Below, piece by piece: positions 54,325 to 64,000 of a stretch of DNA of 64,000 nt. The notes under the pieces were generated by a model. The model saw only the letters and a program-made list of their open reading frames with translations, made no database searches and was not told the origin of the DNA. Source of the stretch: Octopus vulgaris (Eukaryota); the NCBI GenBank assembly GCA_951406725.2, contig OX597833.1, forward strand, positions 71,424,001 to 71,488,000, in the 5' to 3' direction. Position 1 is the stretch's first letter. The number at the start of each line of letters is the position of its first letter. The translations under genes were made by a program, and so were the position numbers.

Positions 54325-54540
54325 TATCTTTTACTTGTTTCGGTCATTAGACTGCGGCCATGCTGGGGCATTGCCTTGAAGGATTTTTTTCACTGAACGA
54401 ATCAACCCCCAGGACTTATTTTCTTTTTAAGCCTAGTGTTTATTCCATTGGACTCTTTAACCAAACTGCTAAGTTTCAGGGATGTAAACACACCAGCACT
54501 TGTTGTCAAGCAGATTTTTTGAGGACAAAGCAAGCAAAAT
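54325..54540 (-). mobile_element. SINE family A, 3' part
   Basis: Tail matches family A. Confidence 0.75.
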
Positions 54541-54629
54541 AATAAACTGGAATCCACAGCTGTATTTTAAGTATCCCTGAAAAACATTTTGTTTTTGGTG
54601 TAATTATTGCAACAAACAGCTTTCTTTCT

Positions 54630-54730
54630 TTCTCTAATGTTTTACATCGTTTGAGGCTTTCTGCGATTGAAACACGTTCTCTCAGTGAGTTCCATTGCAA
54701 ACCTGCACAAGTGAATGGGTGATGCAGAAA
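54630..54730 (-). mobile_element. CR1/L2 3'-end remnant
   Basis: 'WNSLRERVSIAESLKRCK' resembles WNSLP..V..A.SL..FK. Confidence 0.4.
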
Positions 54731-55251
54731 ATAGGAATTCTGAAAGCAGTGTCTATGAAACTAGTTTTCAAACATCGAAAGACTAGATGGGGGCTTCCAT
54801 CAGAGTGAAATAGCAATCAAAGGGGTCTAACAGATAAAAAAAAAATGGTTGAGAATCACTGTGGTACAGAATGTGGGATGTACAGGGTATGGTACAGCAA
54901 GGTGTTATACTATGTAAAGTAGACAATGTGTATGGTTTCAACATTAAGATGTTGTTGCTTAATCCCACATCATGTTTGAGTGGATCAAAGGAATTCCAGT
55001 CATGACCACCTTGTCTTTTTAAGTGTATATCTAGGACTACATCATGCAAAATGTGATTTCTTTTCCTTTCTCACAACAGCGTAACTTGAGGAAGATTTGA
55101 CTGCTATTTCTATCTGGTACAACCTGCACATCTCTCCTGATCTCATTACACATATTGTGTCCTCTCTCATCCTTCTATCCATTCCAGTAACCATTCTGCC
55201 TATTTCTTCCGTTCGTTGACTCGTAGTTATTTAAGACAATCTTTAACCGCA

Positions 55252-55331
55252 TCATTAGTTTGATTTGGAGGAAGGGGTCGTGGCCGGAGCCTCGCAAGGC
55301 TGTGACTCCTTCCTCCGGGTCAAATTAATGA
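55252..55331 (+). ncRNA. Candidate pre-miRNA-like hairpin
   Basis: 34 consecutive pairs (26 Watson-Crick, 8 G-U, no mismatches) and a 12-nt loop, in non-repetitive sequence. Confidence 0.6.
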
Positions 55332-55584
55332 GAAAAACAAACACAGATACAAAACAAACCGCAAAAAAAAATGGAAAGAGGAGGAGGGTGAGTGATGGCG
55401 AATCTATGACACACTTATCAGCAGTGTCACTCACCGCAGGGTTGAGGTGACACGTGGCACATTGAAAGATAAAAGGGAAAAAATAAAACAAATATAATGT
55501 AATGTCATTTTATGAAAGGTTTATCCAGAAACATTTGTTTAAAATCGAAATACATGTATGTATGTAACGCTTCAGTAACAGGAG

Positions 55585-55834
55585 GATACATACATACAAA
55601 TATACATACATACATACATACATACATGCATGCATGCATACATACATGCATACATATATATACATACATACATACATACATACATACATACATACAGGCA
55701 TACATACATACATACATACATACATACATACATAAACACACATACATACATACATACATACATACATACATACATACATACATACATACATACATACATA
55801 CAAATATACATACATACATACATACATACATACA

Positions 55835-55868
<34 letters not shown>

Positions 55869-55995
55869 AATACATACAAATATACATACATACATACATA
55901 TATACATACATACATATATGGGTACATATGTAGATGTATGTGTGTGTGTGTGTGCGTGTGTGTGAGTATTTGTGTGTATGTGAGTATGTGTGTGT
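55585..55995. repeat. (CATA)n/(GT)n microsatellite
   Basis: Directly visible. Confidence 0.97.
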
Positions 55996-56389
55996 GCTTG
56001 GTTTACGACTTTATTCTTCTTTCTCTCCTTGATTGACAGCTCGGAGACACGCCCACCTTAAATTTCTTAAATGTTGGCATTCAGATTAGGAAGATCATTT
56101 GTTGATAATCTGTTGAATAACCAAGAAGTTGTTGCTCACTTGTTTTACTCGGTTGCCTGATGAGTTGGGAGTTATGCAACGCATTACACGATCAAAGTAA
56201 TTGTATTATGCTGTCTACGTTAAATAAAAACTGATGCAGGTAGTTTATTGAGGTCTTCATTGGGACATTCCACCAGTATTCCTTTTTATTATGAGTGACT
56301 ATGGCTTCTACCATACTGGGTATGTATGTATGTATGGATGGATGGATGTATGTATGTATGGACGGATGAATGGATGGATGTATATTTAT

Positions 56390-56742
56390 CCCCAGCCACA
56401 TGGTTCCGGGTTCAGTCCCACTGCATGGCTCCTTAGACAAGTGTCTTCTACTCTAGCCTCAGGCTGACCAAAACCTTGTGAGTGCATCTGGTAGACGGAA
56501 ACTGAAAGAAGCCCATCTGAACTATGAGTGTGTGTGTACGTGCGTGCGTTTGTCAGTGTTTTTTCCCTTCCACCAATTGAGAACTGGTGCTGTGTGTTTA
56601 CGTCCCTGTAACTTAGTGGTTCGGCAAAAGTACCGATAGAATATGTACCAGGCTTAAAAATAAGTACTGGAGGTTGTTTCCTTCAACTAAAATCCTTCAT
56701 GGTGGCACTGCAGCATGGCTGCAGTCAAATGACTAAAACAAG

Positions 56743-56745
<3 letters not shown>
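56390..56745 (+). mobile_element. SINE family A, 5'-clipped
   Basis: Matches family A. Confidence 0.85.
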
Positions 56746-56784
<39 letters not shown>

Positions 56785-56949
56785 TTTATTTAAAAGCACG
56801 TCAGGAACGTGAACCTCTGAGTAACAGCTTTTGTTTATATTTCTGCTGCTTTTAAGTAAAGCATATTACTCTACCTCTGGTATTTGAGTACTCTTTTTTC
56901 CACCTTGTTTCACATTAATTTGCTTACTCCAGTATATATATATATATAC

Positions 56950-56996
<47 letters not shown>

Positions 56997-57015
56997 CATA
57001 CATACATATATATAC

Positions 57016-57048
<33 letters not shown>

Positions 57049-57051
<3 letters not shown>

Positions 57052-57334
57052 GGCGCAATGGCCAAGTGGTTAGGGCAGCGGACTCGCGATCATAGGATCG
57101 CGGTTTCGATTCCCATACCGAGCGTTGTGAGTGTTTATTGAGCGAAAACACCTTAAAGCTCCACGAGGCTCTGGCAGGGGGGTGATCCCTGCTGTACTCT
57201 TTCACCACTGTTTCTCGCACTCTTTCTTCTATTGGCCTGTTCGCATAGCCAGCGAGGTGGTGACATTCGAAGGCTAAAACAATGCGAACGCATTGTGACC
57301 AGTGATGTGTAACAACATCTGATGGTCTGGTCGG
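57049..57334 (+). mobile_element. SINE family C (tRNA-derived)
   Basis: A-box TGGCCAAGTGG and B-box-like GTTTCGATTCCC; matches 17407-17717. Confidence 0.9.
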
Positions 57335-57365
<31 letters not shown>

Positions 57366-57492
57366 TATACATATATATATACACATATATATACATACAT
57401 ATATATATATACATACATATATGTATATACATATATATATACATATATATATATACATACATATATATACATATATACATATATATACATAT

Positions 57493-57539
<47 letters not shown>

Positions 57540-57931
57540 CATATATATATATATACATATACATATATATATATATACATATATATATACATATATATAC
57601 ATATATATACATATATATATATACATATATATATATATACACACATACATATATATATATATATACACATACATATATATACACACACACATATATATAT
57701 ATATGATATCAGATATAGAAGATGTTCAAATAGAAACGTGGAATGTATATTTAGCGTACGAAGCAGGGAATGAAATATAGAAATATAGTTTACCAAGTAA
57801 TGAGTGAGCGTAAGAAAATGGACGATGAAGTTATATACACTGACTACATTTGGAGAGCAGTCGCCATGTCCACGAAAATAAATCAATATTTATTAATATG
57901 TTTCCTAAACATTATAATTTTACGTATGTCT

Positions 57932-57974
<43 letters not shown>

Positions 57975-58076
57975 CTTCTTTACTTTTATACTTGGAGTTG
58001 TTTTTCTTATTGTTGTGTAGTTATGTAATGAAAAAACATAAGCCGGAAAGAAATTCTGTCCGTATAGAGATATATA

Positions 58077-58264
58077 TACTCTTTACTCTTTTACTTGTTT
58101 CAGTCATTTGACTGCGGCCATGCTGGAGCACCGCCTTTAGTCGAGCAAATCGACCCCAGGACTTATTCTTTTGTAAGCCCAGTACTTATTCTATCAGTCT
58201 CTTTTGCCGAACCGCTAAGTGACGGTTGTCAAGCAATGCTAGGGGGACAAACACAGACACACAA

Positions 58265-58295
<31 letters not shown>

Positions 58296-58467
58296 CATAT
58301 ATACGACAGGCTTCTTTCAGTTTCCGTCTACCAAATCCACTCACAAGGCATTGATCGGCCCGGAGCTATAGCAGAAGACACTTGGCCAAGATGCCACACA
58401 GTGGGACTGAACTCGGAACCATGTGGTTGGTTAGCAAGCTACTTACCACACAGCCACTCCTGCGCCT
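58077..58467 (-). mobile_element. SINE family A, near full length
   Basis: Reverse-complement copy with one internal deletion. Confidence 0.92.
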
Positions 58468-58742
58468 ATATATATATACATATCATGTATCTCTCTCTCT
58501 CTCTCTCTTACCCACTCTTACTTTTTACTTATCGCCTGTCCGTCTCCCTTTCTTGATATGTGTGTACAGGTGCGTGTGTGTGTGTGTGAGCCCGTGCGTA
58601 CGTGAATGTCAGGGAGTGAGGGTGAATGTGTGTATTTGTGTGGGTATGTATGGATGTATGGGTGTTTGTCGTGTACGCATCACACACACACACGAACACA
58701 CAAACACATGCACACAAACACACAAATATGGACATACATATA

Positions 58743-59525
58743 TAAGGTCTGATCAATAAGTATCCGGACTGTTGACATAGTAACGAAGCTAAAGCATGCA
58801 GAGTGAAACTGCTTGGCACAGATCGACCTTGAACCCTGCTGTGGCCATGCACTAAGTTTTAACGTTCCAGCTCACTTCCGCTGTTTACAGCAGTGCTCGG
58901 AAGGAAGGTGTGTAGTGTGTAATTGTCGCATTGACTATGACAGAGAAAGTTCTCATGATGCTACCTGCTCAGAGGCCTGCACAAAGTTGCAGAAAGTGTA
59001 TGGAGAGGAGTGTATGAGCCACACAAGTGAATGAGTGGTACAGACACTTCCAAGATGGCCAAAAAATGTCGATATTTACAAACGTTCTGGGAGACCCTCA
59101 ACCAGCATCGCAAGTGTGAGGGGAAATCATCGAATCACCATCCATGAGTTATCAGAAAATGTGCAGCTTCATTATGGTTCAGTTCAATTCATTATCACTG
59201 AAGATTTGTGTATGAGATGCGAGTTTGCCAAGTTTGTGCCAAAACTACTTTCAGCTAACCAAAAAGACACCCAGGTTTCTGTTGCACAACATCTCCTTGA
59301 TTGCGTCAAGAGCAATGAAAACTTTTTGAAAACTTTGCGTTGGCCTCTGAGCAAGTATAGCCAAACTTTTGGTGAAATTTGATACAGATCCTCTGCTTAA
59401 CTTTCTCTGTCATTGACAATGCGATGATCACACGCTACACACCTTCCTTCCAAGCACTGCGGTAAGCAGCGGAAGTAAGCTCGAACCTTAAATCTTACTG
59501 TGCATGCACAGCAGAGTTCTAGGGG
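58743..59525 (+). mobile_element. Mariner-like element with fold-back duplication of the left end
   Basis: TA then mariner-type TIR (aggtctgatcaataagtatccgg); 'RSGRPSTS..RITIHELS...GSVQFIITEDL.M...AKFVPKLLS..QK'; ~59330-59520 is an inverted copy of ~58830-58990. Confidence 0.85.
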
Positions 59526-60700
59526 ACTGATTTTTCCTCATTCAACAGCCAAATATGAACATTTCTTTTGGCCAAATTCCATTCCTATGTCAGTTGTAAA
59601 TGTCGTTATTAATTCCAGCTGGGGTTTTTTTGAGGGGGGGGGGGGGTTGAAAGTTTCCAGGTCAATTGCATGTTTTACTGTTGATGCTGCTACAGTATTT
59701 TTTCCTTACTGCATTTAGCCATGATTCAGTGAGGTTGAGATTCCTCTTTTTGTTCCAGATTTTCAACCAGAATGGTTCAAGATCTTCTTGGAAAGGGGAT
59801 TTCTTAACGATAATATTTCCCTTCCTCATCTCTCTATATACTGTCTGTGGGTTAGAAGCATACCTGTGATTTACACAGGCTCATCCAAAAATGTGCCTGT
59901 GGTAGTGAAATTTTTTACCCAGAGCCCTGAGTTTGTGTTTTAGAGTAATTAACCTACCCTCACGAGTGCAGTGTGAAGAATCACCATACAGTTTTGTTAA
60001 TTGGTTCATAAGATGAAATTGATGAGGTTTAAACTCATTATTGCTCTTACATCTTATTATCATGGTTAGCCATCCAATATGGCAACATAGATTGTTGATG
60101 TTTTCTTCTAGTTTTGTTTTCCATCTAGGTTGCTTCTGCTTAGCAATTTCATTACTATCTATACTGTAGATTTCTCTTAGGTGTTCTCTAAGAGTTATAG
60201 CAGATGTGTATATGAGGGTATTAATGTTCCAGCAATTAACATCACGATTCCACGAGCTCTCCAGCGACATCGTTGATAGCTTTCAGCATTAGAGATGTTG
60301 GATTTTTCCTTAATCTTTTTAAGAATAGCCTGTCGCTTAACAATAGTTTCGGAAAAGTAGAAAAGCTTTCAACGAACTGTGGTTTCAGGAATTTTTTAAG
60401 TTGAATATATTCCACAGTTGTCTCTGGTGACTCAACTACATTTGGAGAGACACAAGAATTTAGCGATGGCGGCAGTTTGTTTATGTCATTTTTGATCTCT
60501 CTTCTGGCAGATTTTGGTCAGTTCTCAGTGTTTTGAAAAGGTAAATTTACATCAGGAGAGTAAACAATTTTTTTTTAAAGATTCTTGTTGTTGAAATTGT
60601 TTTGCATTAAAAATGCTTAAGTTAGGGGTAAACGCTTCATATATCCGGTAGAAGGGCCTTCATGGGCTTTTTCATGGCATCAAAGTATGTATATACATAA
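59525..60700 (-). pseudogene. R4/Dong-like LINE remnant with internal deletion
   Basis: 'WNINTLIYTSAIT...PRWKTKLEENI', 'FWLKIW', and RT piece 'LELITTFTTDIGMEFGQKKCSYL'. Confidence 0.8.
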
Positions 60701-61436
60701 CGAACTACAACAAAATGACTAAATTATCAGTCTTATTTCAAACTACGATTGAATAATGGTGAATTTATTTGCATTCAACTATTAGCGTCAAACTAAAAGC
60801 ACTTAACTTTTAAAATGTTCGCTTGTAATTCCACCACAACCCATTATCTGTGTGTGTGTGTGTCCGTGTGTTGCAATGAGTATACTTTATGGAATTTTCA
60901 TCGGATAAGAAGCTACACGAGTGACTCAAAAGTCTAAAATTTCTTCCGGGCATTATTCAAGTTCAAGTTCTTTAGTACAAAACTCTTGACCTTTGCAATT
61001 TTTAGCGAGTTTATTGTATATATTATTATGTCTTCGTGTATGACTGTATGAATTTATATATATATATATTCTTTTATTTTGAACCCGGAACCATGTGGTT
61101 GGGAAGCAAGATTCTTTCCACATAGCCATACCTGCACCTATATATGTCTGTATGTATGTGTGTGTATATATACATACATACATACATACGTAAGTCCTGG
61201 GATCAATTCATTCGACTAAAAATTCTTCAGGCGGTGCTCCAGCCTGGCCGCAATCTAATGACTGAAACGAGTGAGAGATAAAAATAGAAATAAAAGCTCA
61301 TTCGTGGGAAGAGGTTCAAGGGGTTGCTGCTCCCCTAAACTTGACACCCCGAACGACAACTCAAGATGTATCCGGAAGATTCGACGAAAGGCAAATTCTC
61401 CGTACAGACAATTATAAAACCTGTTATGTCAGTGTT

Positions 61437-61849
61437 ACTCTTTTACTCTCTTTTACTGGTTTCAGTCATTTGACTGCGGCCATGCTGGAGCACCGCCTTT
61501 AATCGAGCAACTCGACCCCAGGACTTATTCTTTTGTAAGCCCAGTACTTATTCTATCAGTCTCTTTTGCCGAACCGCTAAGTGACGGGGACATAAACACA
61601 CCAGCATCGGTTGTCAAGCAATGCTAGGGGGACAAACACAGACACACACACGCTAATATATATATATATATATATATACATATACACGATGGGCTTCATT
61701 CAGTTTCCGTCTACCAAATCCACTCACAAGGCATTAGTCGGCCCGAGGCTATAGTAGAAGACACTTGCTCAAGATGCCACGCAGTGGGACTGAACCCGGA
61801 ACCATGTGGTTGGTAAACAAGCTACTTACCACACAGCCACTCCTGCGCC
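61437..61849 (-). mobile_element. SINE family A, full length
   Basis: Imperfect 12-bp TSD TAT(G/A)TCAGTGTT. Confidence 0.93.
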
Positions 61850-62615
61850 TATATCAGTGTTTTTGTTTTTTTTTAAATAAAAAAGAAAGAAACAATGATA
61901 AAAGGTTTTATAAAAGTCTTTATTCAATGTCAAACATTAAACACAAAACCTGATGAAGCCATTTAGAACGAAATTTCTGAGGACGAATTTTCGTAAAACC
62001 AACTCTGGAGTTGTATAAGAGTTTTAGCGTAGCCAGAGCATGTCCCGCCCGGGGCGCGAAATTTGTTTTCCCCATGAGACTTCCGGACCCCAGTAATGAA
62101 CTCATTTGCCTACAGCCGATAAGAGCTCAACTACCAAACTAATTTATGAGAGCATAACAAGTGACAGGCGATAAGGTCACTTGGATAAGAAATGACCGTG
62201 CTCTCTCTCTCTTTTAATAATGCTTGTTTTTGTTCCTGAGTCAACCACGGCTGCCTCTGCGTAGTTATTTGGGTTGTTGGTTAGTTTGTAAAACAGTAGC
62301 GGGGAGAAGGTTGCTCGCACATCACCCTCTACCCACACTTTTCCCCATCCACATCTTTACCATTTGGGGCCCTAACAAAAATCCGATAACAGGTATAGAT
62401 GCAAATCTATCTAATTACTTGTCTATTTCAAAAGCCAGGCATGACTTGGCGATCGGTCGACTTACAACACCGTTCTTCGTCTTGCTTTTACTTGGTAGAG
62501 TGTGTTTTACCCATAGGTCGGTTGTTTTTAATACATTCACGAATGTTATGTTGGGCTTTGCATCCAGACAGAATCTGAGAGCTGAACGGGTCTGATCCTT
62601 CGTTATTTGCACGGC

Positions 62616-62841
62616 GGAAGGTGGCGAGTTGGCAGAAACGTTAGCACGCCGGGCGAAATGCTTAGCGGTATTTCGTCTGCCGCTACGTTGTGAGTTCAAA
62701 TTCCGCCGAGGTCGACTTTGCCTTTCATCCTTTCGGGGTCGATAATTTAAATACCAGTTACGCACTGGGGTCGATATAATGGACTTAATACCTATGTCTG
62801 TCCTTGTTTGTCCCCTCTATGTTTAGCCCCTTAAAGAAATA
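62616..62841 (+). mobile_element. SINE family B, full length
   Basis: Perfect 14-bp TSD GTTATTTGCACGGC (62602-62615 and 62842-62855). Confidence 0.93.
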
Positions 62842-62883
62842 GTTATTTGCACGGCTGCCTCTGCATAATTGTTTGTGTACGAG

Positions 62884-63010
62884 GTCAAGGTGAGCTCTGA
62901 TTGGCTGTATGCAAATGAGTTCATTACTAGGCTCCGTAATTCTCCTTGGGACCGTTCCGGACCCCAGTAACGAACTCATTTGCATACAGCTAATCAGAGC
63001 TGCCCTCGAC
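62884..63010. promoter_or_regulatory. Palindromic octamer plus CCAAT module
   Basis: 56-bp inverted arms, each carrying ATGCAAAT and (C/T)AATCAG; third copy at 62081-62128. Confidence 0.45.
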
Positions 63011-63346
63011 CGTGTCAAAGGTTGGCATTCAAAATGGCGACCCCTGATTTCCACGAGGACCTTGTATCGCACACGCCGGTTAGCGGTAAGTTTGAATTAT
63101 TATGGCCATAAATGGTAATGTTTTTGACGAATATAAAAAGTAGAGAAACTGCTCGAAGGTTTTATAAATACACATTGATTCATTGATACGAATTATGGAC
63201 GTGTGTCTCTTTTGTTAATGTATCTTTGGCCATCCGAGTCCCACATGTGCATTTTCCTGGGGTCTTCAGCGAAAAATGAGTTTTATTCATTTTATGAGCT
63301 TTTGTACAAAAAACAAAACAATACAAAAAATAGTCACGAAAATGAG

Positions 63347-63852
63347 GGATCTTTTCGGTTTGAACGGCAGTTTTTATCATAATTTCTAGGTAACTAAAAA
63401 ATGTTAAACTTCGTATACTGGTAGAATGTTTATAAAACATCTTGGATCTTTTCCTTTTGAACGGCATATGTCAACACAATTTCTAGTTAACTAAACACTT
63501 TTAAACTTCGTATACTGGTAGAATGTGTTTTTAAAACATCATTTTTTCTTGGCTTTATTGAGAAAATTCTATAGTTTGTAAGATATTTCCACTTTAAAAT
63601 CGAGCATTTCGGCAATTTTAACCAATCGCTGACCTTCATTTAGGTAAACAACATTCCGTGCTGTATGAATATGTCCCTCGTTTAAGAAACAGATTGGGTT
63701 TATTTACATTTGCGAAGAAAAAAGATACCCTTCCCCCACCCCTAACCCTAACCCAGATTGAAATGCAATAGATCGATACTAGGGTCATAATTATGGGTGA
63801 CAATTTCATATGACACCGCTAGAAAAAACTGCCGTTCAAACCGAAAAGATCC
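63347..63852. mobile_element. Merlin-type MITE, 506 bp
   Basis: Perfect 29-bp TIR GGATCTTTTCGGTTTGAACGGCAGTTTTT; 8-bp TSD AAAATGAG; left ~97 bp tandemly duplicated. Confidence 0.88.
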
Positions 63853-64000
63853 AAAATGAGAGTCCTATTATATTATTGGTAGTCATTATAGATCTATTTA
63901 TTATAATTATCGTATTTAATTCTGTGAGCCTATTCTATAGAGCCCTGATTGCCTGCATGCAAACGATTTCATAACTGGGGTACAGAACTCTCACGGAAAA

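Noticed and set aside
57049-57125. tRNA-like sequence
   Set aside because: It is the head of a SINE that continues into family C body sequence, not a tRNA gene.
61950-61980. CTGATGA-AGCC...GAAATTTC
   Set aside because: Stems I and II do not pair.

Overview
Eukaryotic, AT-rich, microsatellite-saturated DNA with no intact host protein-coding gene. Nearly all ORF-track entries are translations of (AT)n, (CA)n, (ATCT)n or (ATAC)n repeats. The SINE families and repeat landscape suggest an Octopus/coleoid cephalopod genome (inference). The window is a transposon graveyard: about 30 copies or fragments of 4-5 tRNA-derived SINE families; decayed CR1, RTE, R4/Dong, Tx1/L1-like and Penelope-like retroelements; Helitrons (one with PIF1-helicase remnants); hAT MITEs with 8-bp TSDs and an hAT transposase relic; mariner relics; and a Merlin-type MITE plus a Merlin transposase relic. 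The most notable signals are not in the ORF track: (1) an 80-nt hairpin at 55252-55331 with 34 consecutive pairs, where all 8 non-Watson-Crick pairs are G-U on the + strand (pre-miRNA-like); (2) about ten type I hammerhead-ribozyme-like motifs tied to Penelope-like terminal repeats, including two with a ~50-nt loop 2 and an inverted pair; (3) an intronless PSMD13/Rpn9 fragment fused to an R4/Dong LINE piece; (4) a possible composite Helitron enclosing an RTE LINE; (5) a triplicated, partly palindromic octamer+CCAAT module. All calls come from manual reading; no database searches were run.
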